A stretch of DNA of 64,000 bases from a virus (IMGVR_UViG_3300038345_000118:1-64000), one strand, 5' to 3'. Shown: positions 29,631 to 38,548, counted from the stretch's first letter. The notes: generated from the sequence alone by a model not told the origin. Made by a program: numbers and translations.

Positions 29631-30021
29631 AGTTAGTTACATTCTTAACACTCTCTATGTGTTTCAGCACAGCCGCCTTCACCTTCGGCCATTCATCCAT
29701 AGCCAGTTTAAATCCATCCACGTTTTCACGTGGGATATACCAATAGGGGTTGGTCAAGTACGACTGCGTATAGTCTTTATCGTCATCATACAGTTTTCCG
29801 TCTTTCACCTTCTTGGTGGTCCCATAGTGGCGAAAGTAGAAACACGGTTCCTTGCGACACCAGAACTCCAGCCTGTCGCATCGGTGCCCATAGATGAAGC
29901 CATAGGCAAACTCATACTCGAAAGGCACGTCACAGTCGGCCTTCTTAAACTGCTCACTAATCCAGTTCAGCATCTTGGTCATGTTCTCCAGCAGATGCTT
30001 TCTCAATGTCATTTCGTCCAT
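29620..30021 (-). CDS. Hypothetical protein
   Basis: Packed ORF. Confidence 0.6.
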   Translation of the reverse strand: MDEMTLRKHLLENMTKMLNWISEQFKKADCDVPFEYEFAYGFIYGHRCDRLEFWCRKEPCFYFRHYGTTKKVKDGKLYDDDKDYTQSYLTNPYWYIPRENVDGFKLAMDEWPKVKAAVLKHIESVKNVTNFEV

Positions 30022-30074
30022 AACTTTCGTTTTTTGAATGATTTTCTATTAATTTCCGATAATTTCTTTCCAGT

Positions 30075-30446
30075 TCATGCAGCCATTTCGGCGAGATAGG
30101 TTTCAGGATAGGCCCATTCGAGTTTCCAGAAGAAATACTCTATCGGGATAACCTCGCCCGTGTCGCAGTCCACTTCCTCGTTTACCAGAGCCTCCAGGTC
30201 TTCACGGGTATAAGCGCTTACCTGATCTTGTGGATAGCAACGTTCGCCATCAATCATCACCTCTTCGGCCTCACAGAATCCGTTCTCAGGAATGTAGCAC
30301 ACAGCCTTGGGGTCGTTCCTAAAAGCCTTTTCGTCCTTGAACACATAGCCATAGCCCAGCCCGTCGATGCTGAAATATTCGTTGGTGAAGTAAGCCGCAC
30401 CGTCCTTGACGATGCGCTTACCTGCCTGCTGATATTCTTTTGCCAT
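30075..30446 (-). CDS. Hypothetical protein, C-terminal AA
   Basis: F..LEWAYPETYLAEMAA. Confidence 0.65.
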   Translation of the reverse strand: MAKEYQQAGKRIVKDGAAYFTNEYFSIDGLGYGYVFKDEKAFRNDPKAVCYIPENGFCEAEEVMIDGERCYPQDQVSAYTREDLEALVNEEVDCDTGEVIPIEYFFWKLEWAYPETYLAEMAA

Positions 30447-30505
30447 AGTTATTGCCCGTCATGCCGATAGCGCAGCGTTAAATTCTAAACTCTAAACTCT
30501 AAACT

Positions 30506-31918
30506 TCAAGCCGCCTTTGACAAAAGGCGCTTGATGTCCTCTGGGATGTCCTCACCTGCCATCACCTTCTGCAGCATAGCGGCCACATCCTCCTTGGTAT
30601 AGCAATCTGTTGCAACGGTGTTCTCACGCTTAGCCTTGCGCTCCTCGGCCTTAGCCTTATATTCGGCACGCTGTGCCTCACGCTCCTTACGGTGGGCGTC
30701 GAGCGTGCCGTTCACGTCCTCGACTGCCTTGCTGATAGCGGCAGCGTCGCCATTGTTCCATGCCTCGCACAACTGCTTGGCTGCATTCACATAGACAGGA
30801 CCGAATACGAGCATATAGGTCTTGTTGCCCTTCTTGTCGCGCTCCCATGTCTTCGAGCCGTGAAGCTCGGGGCCTGACTGATAGCGGGCATCGTCCTCGG
30901 TAAATCCCTTGATACGGGCGCAGGTCTTGCCCTTCTTGTTCGTGTAGGTCTCATACACGAGTGGAGCGTTAGCGTTAACGTTATCGTTGGCCTTTGCCTT
31001 TGGCTTCTCGCTCTTAGTATTCTTGACCTTCGGCTTCTCGCTCTTGGGCTTCTCGCTCTTGGGCTTCTCGGCCTTGGGCTTCTCGGCCTTAGTAGCGTTA
31101 GCGTTATCGTTAACGTTAGCGTTAACGTTATCGTTATCGTTACCCTTCGGCTTCGGTTTCTCCAGCTGATCACAGATAGCCACATGCTTGCCAGCCCTGA
31201 TGAGCTTGGGCAGATAGGAGTCGAGAGCATGATGCGGGAATCCGGCCATCTGCACGCCGTCGTCACCCTTCGTGAGCGTAATGCCCAGCACCTCGGCTAC
31301 ATCCGCAGCGTCCTGCTCGTAGGTCTCATAGAAGTCTCCGCAGCGGAACAACAGGATTCTCTCCGGATGCTTCGCCTTCAGGTCGCGGAACTGCTTCATC
31401 ATGGGGTTATTCACTTGTGCGTTCTGCACGTTAGCACTCTCGTTGTTGTTGTTCTTTGTTTCCATAACTTGTTCGTTTGAAGTGTTATTCGTATTATTGT
31501 TCTCGGTCATCATGTCGGCCATCTGCTTACGGAACGACTCCGTATAGCCGTACTTGGCGATATTGGCGATAGCCGCATTCAGTTTCTGCCACTCGCGGTG
31601 GTCAAATAGCCATGCGATAGCCTCTTTGGCCATCTCCAGATTGACTTTGTACTGCTCCAGCTTCTTCACGTTGTTCTTCGTGGCCGTCGGCTCGATGTCC
31701 ACCCATGTGGTTGATGTCAGCGGGTTATTCGAGAAGTCGAATAAGCAACCGTAGCCAATGCCCGACGTCCACCCAGGATGATAGTTAGCACGAAATCCTC
31801 TACCCTTCGTGTAATTCACACTCACTCTAAGCGTGTTGAACTCCTGCTCTCCATTTCCGGCCGTCTTATACGGAGCGATAGCCACATAAAAATCCATGTG
31901 TTCGATTGTCTTTGCCAT
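30506..31918 (-). CDS. Multidomain protein with a MutS domain I (mismatch-recognition) module and low-complexity linker
   Basis: [33 protein letters not shown]...LGITLT...[28 protein letters not shown]; no MutS ATPase domain. Confidence 0.85.
   Translation of the reverse strand: MAKTIEHMDFYVAIAPYKTAGNGEQEFNTLRVSVNYTKGRGFRANYHPGWTSGIGYGCLFDFSNNPLTSTTWVDIEPTATKNNVKKLEQYKVNLEMAKEAIAWLFDHREWQKLNAAIANIAKYGYTESFRKQMADMMTENNNTNNTSNEQVMETKNNNNESANVQNAQVNNPMMKQFRDLKAKHPERILLFRCGDFYETYEQDAADVAEVLGITLTKGDDGVQMAGFPHHALDSYLPKLIRAGKHVAICDQLEKPKPKGNDNDNVNANVNDNANATKAEKPKAEKPKSEKPKSEKPKVKNTKSEKPKAKANDNVNANAPLVYETYTNKKGKTCARIKGFTEDDARYQSGPELHGSKTWERDKKGNKTYMLVFGPVYVNAAKQLCEAWNNGDAAAISKAVEDVNGTLDAHRKEREAQRAEYKAKAEERKAKRENTVATDCYTKEDVAAMLQKVMAGEDIPEDIKRLLSKAA
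30969..31143 (-). repeat. In-frame tandem repeats (15-bp [10 protein letters not shown] units and 6-bp N-D/V/A units)
   Basis: CTTGGGCTTCTCG(G/C) units and GTTA(G/T/A)C hexamers. Confidence 0.8.
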
Positions 31919-31990
31919 AGTTGTATTTTTTTAATGCTTAATTCTTAATGCTTAATTAATGCCCTCCCCTCGGGGAGGGATGGGAGGGGG

Positions 31991-32959
31991 TCATGCTGCA
32001 ATAGCCGTGATGCCGTCGTTCTCTTTTGCCTGACGCTCACCCTGTATGTAGCGGGCAGCTTTCTCTGCACGGCTGCTGGCCCACACAATCATCTTCGGGT
32101 CGTTCTTCAACTGTTTCAGCCAGCCTTGAATATAGGCCACGCTATTCTTGAAAGCCTTGTCGCAGTCCATACCGCAGACGTTCACTAACATGGCAGCACC
32201 CATCTCGGCCACCAGTTCCTCGCGGCTGTACGCCTCGTTGCCGAACATAGCTACACCCGTCTGCTCGCTCTTGCGGTTGCATCGGCTCTCGATAAGCGTA
32301 GAGTGCGTCAGCTCATGGAAGGCGGTGGAATAGTATTCCTCCACATCCTGATACTGGCTCATCATCGGTACCACCACCTCGTCGGCAGCAGGCGAGAAAT
32401 ACGCTCGGTTGCTCGGTTTATTGTTGATGAACTTCAAATGCGGTTCAGCAGCCAGATAGCCTTGTATAGTACGCTCTGCCTTATCCACGGGCTGCAACGT
32501 CACCGTGGGCACATCGACTGTCAGCTTAGACGCGATACCCTCGCAGTCGTCGATGTGGAAGACGTGATAGAACTTCAGGATAGGCGCATAATACTCTTGG
32601 AACACCGTCACCGTCATCGTGTCGCCATCCTCCGTTTCCTCCTTCTCTTTCTTCATCACCGTGCGGGAATAGAAGCACACGATCCCGCTCTGTGCGCCCT
32701 TCTTGATAGAGCCGCCCAACGCTTTCACCTGCTTAAACGTCAGATACTCGCCAGGCTTGCCCAGCAGCATCTGGTTAATAAACGAATAGGGCTTGCGAGT
32801 GGTGTACGAGATAGCCCCTTCCTGCGTACCGCTCCACGGGCGACGCCACGGGATAAGACCCTTCTCCATTTGTTCGACAATCTTATCCGTTACCATTTGG
32901 TAAACGTTAAACACCTTCTTCGTGCCACCCTTGGTGGACTTCGTTTTCTTTGTTGCCAT
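31991..32959 (-). CDS. ardC: ArdC-family antirestriction / ssDNA-binding zincin protein
   Basis: VTDKIVEQMEKGLIPWRRPW, YSFINQMLL, FHELTHST (HExxH), YSREELVAEMGA. Confidence 0.9.
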   Translation of the reverse strand: MATKKTKSTKGGTKKVFNVYQMVTDKIVEQMEKGLIPWRRPWSGTQEGAISYTTRKPYSFINQMLLGKPGEYLTFKQVKALGGSIKKGAQSGIVCFYSRTVMKKEKEETEDGDTMTVTVFQEYYAPILKFYHVFHIDDCEGIASKLTVDVPTVTLQPVDKAERTIQGYLAAEPHLKFINNKPSNRAYFSPAADEVVVPMMSQYQDVEEYYSTAFHELTHSTLIESRCNRKSEQTGVAMFGNEAYSREELVAEMGAAMLVNVCGMDCDKAFKNSVAYIQGWLKQLKNDPKMIVWASSRAEKAARYIQGERQAKENDGITAIAA

Positions 32960-32983
32960 AATTGTAAATTTTTTGAGTTAAAC

Positions 32984-33490
32984 TTATGCTGCTTCCAGCT
33001 CTACTTCACCCCACCAGCCATCCACGCTGCGCAGATCGCTCTCATAGAGCACGCTCAGGCAGTTAAAGAACAGCTCTGCCACCGCACGATGAGCGGCCTC
33101 GTTTTCTATCTGATAGAGCACGCTCTTAAAGAAACTGAACATTGACAGGCGGAACTTTTTCTTATCCATCACGTTCTCTACCTTGTGAAAGATAATGCCG
33201 TTATCGGAGGCATAGCCCTCACGCTGGATGAGTGCGCCCTTCTTACGATAAGATTCAAACACATCGTCGTACTGCTCCGTTTCAGGCATTTCACCGTCAC
33301 CGTATTGCTCGTTCACGCTCACTACGTTCAGCGCGTAGGCATGTTCAAACTCCTTGCGCACATTGTCGATAAACCACTTGTGGCTGTCGCGCTTCGCTTC
33401 CTCATAGCCACACATCAGGCCAGCGGCCTTGATGTACTCCACTTTGCTGATAATAAAACTGCTCATAGTCGTTTGTCGTTTAGATTTCAC
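32984..33490 (-). CDS. Hypothetical protein, C-terminal AA
   Basis: Ends WWGEVELEAA. Confidence 0.65.
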   Translation of the reverse strand: MKSKRQTTMSSFIISKVEYIKAAGLMCGYEEAKRDSHKWFIDNVRKEFEHAYALNVVSVNEQYGDGEMPETEQYDDVFESYRKKGALIQREGYASDNGIIFHKVENVMDKKKFRLSMFSFFKSVLYQIENEAAHRAVAELFFNCLSVLYESDLRSVDGWWGEVELEAA

Positions 33491-33809
33491 ACATACTGCG
33501 CACCATTTCCTTCAGTTCTGCCTCAGTGGTCACGCCACGACGGCGGAACTCCTTAGTAAGAGATGCCGTAGTCAGGTACGTCGGCATGGCGTAGTATTCC
33601 TCGGGATAGAGCACCTTGATAACCTTGTACTCATCCTCGGCCCAGTCATAGTCGCCATTGTCCTCGGCATCCAGCGCGGCGTCCAGCCCCACGTTCAGGC
33701 GGTAGCCTCGCTCGCTCATAGTAACCACGCTGGCCTCGCACTTAAAGCCCAGCTCCTTTGCCGTGTCATTGATGAACTTGGCAAACACTTTCGATACTTT
33801 CACTTTCAT
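33480..33809 (-). CDS. Hypothetical protein
   Basis: Packed ORF. Confidence 0.6.
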   Translation of the reverse strand: MKVKVSKVFAKFINDTAKELGFKCEASVVTMSERGYRLNVGLDAALDAEDNGDYDWAEDEYKVIKVLYPEEYYAMPTYLTTASLTKEFRRRGVTTEAELKEMVRSMCEI

Positions 33810-33822
33810 GGTTTACAGAGTT

Positions 33823-34077
33823 TTAGTCCTCAAAATAGCCGTCGATAATAGCGAACGAAGCCTGTTCGCCCTCGCCAGTAGTCATGCGCACCTCGTACTC
33901 GTAGAAACCCTTGTCGCGGTTCATGCGGTCGATACGCTCAGTCACTTTGCCACCGCAGACGTCACACATACGCTCTACGTCGCTGTTCAGTTCTGCCTTG
34001 GCCTTGTCGTAGTTCTTGAAGTAGCGGTCGTGAATCCGACCGCCCACATTCTTTCGATAGATTGCAAACATAGTCAC
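33823..34077 (-). CDS. Hypothetical protein
   Basis: Packed ORF. Confidence 0.55.
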   Translation of the reverse strand: MTMFAIYRKNVGGRIHDRYFKNYDKAKAELNSDVERMCDVCGGKVTERIDRMNRDKGFYEYEVRMTTGEGEQASFAIIDGYFED

Positions 34078-34403
34078 GCTGCTTTAGATAGTCCTTGTTC
34101 TTCACGTTCATCGTAGGGAATATAGAGCAGGTCGGCCTTGATGAGTGCGTCGATAGCCACACGGGCACACTTGCAGGCCCATTCGTCACGCGGATCGTAC
34201 CAGCCCTTGCGCTCATAGGAGGCCAGCACCTTCAGGTACTCAATAGCCAGTTCTCCACGCTGCCCCACCAGATAGCGGTGGTCGCGAGCCATAGCCCGCG
34301 CCACGTCGCGCTTGTGATAGAGGCCGCCATTGATAAAGTTACTCTCTGTCTTCACGAACTCCTGTTCGTGCTCGTTAAGATTCAGTTCTCCGTCGTACAT
34401 CAT
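34074..34403 (-). CDS. Hypothetical protein, C-terminal AA
   Basis: Ends GLSKAA. Confidence 0.6.
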   Translation of the reverse strand: MMYDGELNLNEHEQEFVKTESNFINGGLYHKRDVARAMARDHRYLVGQRGELAIEYLKVLASYERKGWYDPRDEWACKCARVAIDALIKADLLYIPYDEREEQGLSKAA

Positions 34404-34451
34404 AGTCGTAAAGTTTTAAATTCTTCACTCTTCATTCTTCACTCTTCACTT

Positions 34452-34628
34452 TCATGCAATAAGTCCGTCAAACGGGTCCCATGTGTATTCGATAGCACAC
34501 ACGTCCATGCCTTCGGCCTGCATGTCGGCCATAGCCTGCTTCTCGGCTGCGCTGATAGATGAAACACTTGCACCGGTTGCTGCTGCCAGTGCGATAACGA
34601 TTGCCTTAGATGATTTCTTTGTCTTCAT
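34452..34628 (-). CDS. Small hypothetical protein (58 aa)
   Basis: Manual translation MKTKKSSKAIVIALAAATGASVSSISAAEKQAMADMQAEGMDVCAIEYTWDPFDGLIA. Confidence 0.5.
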   Translation of the reverse strand: MKTKKSSKAIVIALAAATGASVSSISAAEKQAMADMQAEGMDVCAIEYTWDPFDGLIA

Positions 34629-34696
34629 AACTTTTGTGATTTTTTGAGTTTATACTAATGCTTAATTCTTAATGCCTAATGCTTAATTGCCACTTT

Positions 34697-34909
34697 TTAG
34701 GCAGCGGTTTTATAGTCGCCTTTAGAAGATTCTTCACTCTTCACTTTTAACTCTTCACTTTCTGACTCGTCAGCGTAAGCAAAACAAACCGCAGCGCAAC
34801 AAATCAGCGCAAGGGAATACAGAATCTGAATAGGGTTCACATCGATGCCCGTAGCCACGAGCATGCCCAGGGCGAACAGGATGCCGCCAACGATAGATAA
34901 TTTTTTCAT
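34697..34909 (-). CDS. Small two-helix membrane protein, C-terminal AA
   Basis: Two hydrophobic segments; ends DYKTAA. Confidence 0.6.
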   Translation of the reverse strand: MKKLSIVGGILFALGMLVATGIDVNPIQILYSLALICCAAVCFAYADESESEELKVKSEESSKGDYKTAA

Positions 34910-34924
34910 TGTTTTGTCCTCCGA

Positions 34925-35104
34925 TTAAAAATCAAATGCTGTTTCGATAAATTTCTCTAAGCGGTCTTTCCGCCATTTGCAACCAAGATCACGGGCGAAG
35001 GCAAATAGTATGCGCTTCACTTGCGCCTCCGTATAGGTACGAGCGTCCCGCAGTTCCTGAACTTTAGGACGCATTTGTAGAATCATTGCTTTTGTTTCTG
35101 CCAT
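34925..35104 (-). CDS. Small hypothetical protein (59 aa)
   Basis: Manual translation MAETKAMILQMRPKVQELRDARTYTEAQVKRILFAFARDLGCKWRKDRLEKFIETAFDF. Confidence 0.5.
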   Translation of the reverse strand: MAETKAMILQMRPKVQELRDARTYTEAQVKRILFAFARDLGCKWRKDRLEKFIETAFDF

Positions 35105-35124
35105 AGGAATATGGTTTTATAGAT

Positions 35125-35361
35125 TTAACATGGATAACACCCCATAGCCAGAGGCCAACCTTCAGGACCATAGCCCCCATAGCAATAGAGCTGTTCCCAT
35201 ACTTCATAGGTACTTTTGTAATAATCACCACCACGCTGCTGCTTAGAATAAAGCGTAGGGATAGGCATACCATGTGCCATACAATAGTCGCTCACGGCCT
35301 TTGGCTCGCGAACTTCAAAATAGACTTCTGATTTCTTTGTTGTCATAATTTTGTCCTCCAT
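35125..35361 (-). CDS. Small hypothetical protein
   Basis: ORF directly downstream of the structured non-coding region. Confidence 0.5.
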   Translation of the reverse strand: MEDKIMTTKKSEVYFEVREPKAVSDYCMAHGMPIPTLYSKQQRGGDYYKSTYEVWEQLYCYGGYGPEGWPLAMGCYPC

Positions 35362-35375
35362 ATTTTAGTGAATAA

Positions 35376-36409
35376 TAGTAGAAGAGGGCGGACTCGAACC
35401 GCCTGATGCCCACGTGGGGCGTCCAGCCCTGACTCTCTCGGCTATCGTATGCGTGTGCTGCGTCGGCCACGCCTGACACCTGGTGTCCTGCGTTTGGATT
35501 CGTTGCCCATAGGCCATATTGTCAGCTCACGCAAATAGCGGGAAAAGTCGTTTACACTCTCCTCCTCCGTTTTATCTTCAAAATCTCGGATACACTTTAC
35601 TTTAATCTGTCCCCCTCGTTTGTGTCCGACCCGAAACAGGCCGTTAGATAACACGCTCATGCCGCTTGAAAACCGGCTGCACATGAAACGAGTACAGCAC
35701 ACTCACTGGCCACTCGCGCTCTACCCACCCAGGGGGCCTGGCGCTCATAGCCCTTCGTGCGAAGGACAAGATATTGAAGTTCGTCGCGGTTTTTTCTTCC
35801 TGAGCCCCGCCCCTATGTGTGCATAGGTATTGTCCGCCGCTTGCAAAGTTTTATGCGGATAGGATAGAACCCCACCCGGCGAGACTCACTTTCGGACCCG
35901 GCTGCATCGTCCGCCTCGTGAGCGCCTATAAAAACGCCTTCGACTTCCTGCTCTCGCCTTCCTTGGATAGTCTTTAATTATAACCCTTCTGCCTTCTCGC
36001 CTGGGGCGGTTTTGCTTGAGTTCGTCACCTCCTTGCAACCTACCCCCTGCGCCCTCCACCGGGAGGGCATAGACAGTTCGTTATCTCGTGCGCCGAAACG
36101 CCTACCTAACTATCCGGTCCCAGATCGCTAACTATCCCGGGGCCTTGCGGCCTGCCTTTAGCTCTCTGCCCCTTTGCATTTAAGAGAGTGGGGGTACACC
36201 CGAGGTTTTCCGGCTATCCTTCTGCCTGCCTTTGCTTTTACTCCCTGGCCTTGGGAGGATCTTTTGCTCCCCCTTGCCCTGAAAACCGGGCTTTATAGTG
36301 GAGGATCCGGGGGCCTTGAAAACCGGGCCGATCCGGGCAAAATGTTTTTTAGTGGGGGCAGGGGGTATCGATCCCCCTTGCGCTCCTTGCGCCCCCTGGC
36401 CTTGCGGCC
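35376..36409 (-). ncRNA. Candidate large (~1 kb) structured non-coding RNA bracketed by tRNA-like minihelices
   Basis: No convincing ORF; many hairpins (GGCC-GCAA-GGCC twice, GCCCTCC-CGGT-GGAGGGC, CCTATG-CACA-CATAGG); T-arm plus acceptor-like stem ending ACTA at both ends. Confidence 0.55.
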
Positions 36410-36410
36410 G

Positions 36411-37070
36411 TTATGCTGCAAACAATAGGGCGGCGGCCTCTGCCTCTGTTATTGTGCCGGCCTCCACTTGTTTTTTAAGATCCTGGGCTTTCTTTGCAAA
36501 CTCCTTGGCCTTGTCTGCATAGGCCTTGCGCTCCTGACTCTTGGCCTTGCGCTCTGCCTTGCGCTCTGCCTTGCGCTCTGCCTTCTCTTTTGCCTTGCGC
36601 TCCTTGTCTTGCTCCTTGTCGATAGCTGCGGCGTATTTTTCAACAAGCCCCAGACGGGCGGCGGCAGCATCTATAACGGAGTTATCACTCCAACAACTTG
36701 CAAGCGTACCAATATAATATGTACCTGCAAAGTGGATCAAAACGTGATCGGCGTCAGGTGTAAAACTTGGATCAAGATAGAAAGCCGTAGTATCAGTTAC
36801 GGCAACAAGAGACGTAACCGGGCGGCCGTTAAAAGCATATATAGAACTCCACCAAAAACCGGCGCCGTCAACGAAGGCCGCATTTAAACGGGAATAAAGA
36901 TCTTTAATGTTTTCGTTACTGTAACCTTCTACGCCCTTGGCCTCCTTGTCTCTGCCCTGGGCTACCTTATTCAGGTGCCGGAAAATGTAACCGGGGTTAC
37001 TGTTGATCACCTTGTTTTCATTCTTTGCACCCTTTTTAACCTGGGCAGTGGTTTTTACTTGCTTATTCAT
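36411..37070 (-). CDS. First gene of the train; hypothetical protein with basic KAER-repeat helix, C-terminal AA
   Basis: 219-aa ORF downstream of a TAACTTTG promoter. Confidence 0.7.
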   Translation of the reverse strand: MNKQVKTTAQVKKGAKNENKVINSNPGYIFRHLNKVAQGRDKEAKGVEGYSNENIKDLYSRLNAAFVDGAGFWWSSIYAFNGRPVTSLVAVTDTTAFYLDPSFTPDADHVLIHFAGTYYIGTLASCWSDNSVIDAAAARLGLVEKYAAAIDKEQDKERKAKEKAERKAERKAERKAKSQERKAYADKAKEFAKKAQDLKKQVEAGTITEAEAAALLFAA

Positions 37071-37117
37071 AACTTTAAATTTTTAAGTGTGAAACATATT
37101 GTTTATTAATTCTGCTG

Positions 37118-37184
37118 CAAAGTTATATCTTTTTCGTTTTACTCGCAAGCATTTTCTTAATTATTTTATCTTTTTCGTTTTACT
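37118..37184 (-). promoter_or_regulatory. Promoter of the train with a duplicated 18-bp operator-like repeat
   Basis: TAACTTTG -7 element at 37118-37125; TATCTTTTTCGTTTTACT at 37126-37143 and 37167-37184. Confidence 0.6.
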
Positions 37185-37358
37185 TTTTCCGATTTCTTGA
37201 CAAAATATACAAAAGTATCTTTATTTTGTAATCTCAGAGTTTGCAAAATGATACCTTAACCACTATATTCCTACCTGAAAACCGCAAACAAAGGCCAACA
37301 CTATTTGACTTTAATAATGTACGCGCGAGAACTGGTGTTGCCTGGTGTTCACGCTCCA

Positions 37359-37499
37359 TCACCACCCACACCACCAGAAGCACACCACCAGAAGCACACC
37401 ACCACCACACCACCCACACCACACCACCACACCACACCACCACACCACACCACACCACACCACCACACCACCACCCACACCACCACCACACCACACCAA
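37359..37499. repeat. C(1-3)A low-complexity repeat tract (TGG/TG on minus)
   Basis: About 140 nt of CCA/CA/CCCA units, interrupted only by two GAAG insertions. Confidence 0.9.
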
Positions 37500-37634
37500 A
37501 GCATATTTACAGCCGCCGCCGGACGCCCACACCCACCCCACCGATACAATGTGGCGCGGGGTGATCTCTGCGTAAGAAAAAAAAATGAAAAAAAAGTGGG
37601 AGGTTGGAAACGATTATAAAAGGGATGGAGCAAT

Positions 37635-37677
37635 AAACAACTGCGGACTTCATCAAAAAAGAAGTCCGCAGTTGTTT
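37635..37677. terminator. Strong hairpin, likely terminator of the 37854-38378 gene
   Basis: 17-bp perfect inverted repeat AAACAACTGCGGACTTC/GAAGTCCGCAGTTGTTT. Confidence 0.65.
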
Positions 37678-37853
37678 CCTTTTAATTAACTATAATAAAT
37701 TAAATAGTGGTATTTATGTTAATCTAAGGTTTTATTTTAACACTCTATACCTTTTATATTTAACAATTCAATTTTAAATATTGAATGATTCTCTTTATTC
37801 TATTTTTAGAATAGAAAGTATAAAAAGGAAAAATGTTTTTACATAATTAATAT

Positions 37854-38378
37854 TTATTGTTCGTCAACTCCATCTTCTGCCACCACCTCATAACTGGAGA
37901 GCACCCCGGCGACGGCCAGCAGTTCAGCGTTGATACGGTCAACATCTTCACGTGTGATGTTACCATAGACGGGTGACTTAATAATAGACAAAGTTGTGCG
38001 ACATTTGGTAATATTCCATCCCAGCAGTCTATTCAGCAGACCACGCAGTTTGAAATATTTATTCATTCCATTCTTAATCTGATCCACCACTGTAGGGTCG
38101 TAGGTTGTTCCTCGCTGATTAGTAAAAGTCTGATTACTTCCAAATGTCAGCAGGCATCCGCGTAATTCGTTGGCAACCAGTCCTAAAGTATCATTCAGAC
38201 GCTGAATGTTCGATGCAGAAAACTTCTGCGGCTTTCCATGACGATTAGGCGTATGTAGGAAACAAGCACGTACAACACTATCACTTATCCCCATCATACC
38301 ACCAATCGATGAAATTATGAAATTATGCTCAGTGAGATAGTCGTAAAGAAAGTCCTGTGACACCTTTATCTTTTCCAT
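37854..38378 (-). CDS. Hypothetical protein, possible N-terminal HTH regulator
   Basis: ISSIGGMMGISDSVVRACF is HTH-like; has its own promoter at 38434-38441. Confidence 0.55.
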   Translation of the reverse strand: MEKIKVSQDFLYDYLTEHNFIISSIGGMMGISDSVVRACFLHTPNRHGKPQKFSASNIQRLNDTLGLVANELRGCLLTFGSNQTFTNQRGTTYDPTVVDQIKNGMNKYFKLRGLLNRLLGWNITKCRTTLSIIKSPVYGNITREDVDRINAELLAVAGVLSSYEVVAEDGVDEQ

Positions 38379-38509
38379 TAGTATATATATTTTTAAATGA
38401 GATTGTTGTAGCCTTTATTTATATTTTCGCCTACAAAGTTATATCTTTTTTATTTTACCACAAAATCATTTAAATCTTTTTAAGAAAATAGTTTTTCTTA
38501 CCTTATTAT

Positions 38510-38547
38510 AAAGAAAACAACCCGTCGGTTTTTAGTCCGACGGGTTG
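38510..38547 (-). terminator. Intrinsic terminator (or IS-end-like hairpin) downstream of tnpB
   Basis: 11-bp perfect stem CAACCCGTCGG/CCGACGGGTTG followed by TTTTCTTT on minus. Confidence 0.6.
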
Positions 38548-38548
38548 G

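Noticed and set aside
30506-31918. Host mutS gene
   Set aside because: Only domain I is present; no Walker motifs or clamp domains
35376-35440. Canonical tRNA gene
   Set aside because: T-arm present, but no D-arm and no U33-type anticodon loop; kept only as tRNA-like (same for 12700-12785 and 36350-36396)
35442-36522. ORF-track calls inside the 1-kb structured region (35442-35702, 35620-35826, 36174-36428, 36298-36522)
   Set aside because: Alternative start codons, no recognisable content and poor fit to neighbouring gene style; better explained as structured RNA, though small peptides cannot be excluded
14219-37070. Conjugative element (ICE or plasmid) leading region
   Set aside because: No relaxase, T4CP or tra genes in the window, while terminase, portal and endolysin are present; cannot be excluded for the unseen remainder
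37234-37633. His/Thr/Pro-rich and Val/Trp/Cys-rich ORFs in all six frames
   Set aside because: They are translations of the C(1-3)A repeat; no stop codons can arise in it
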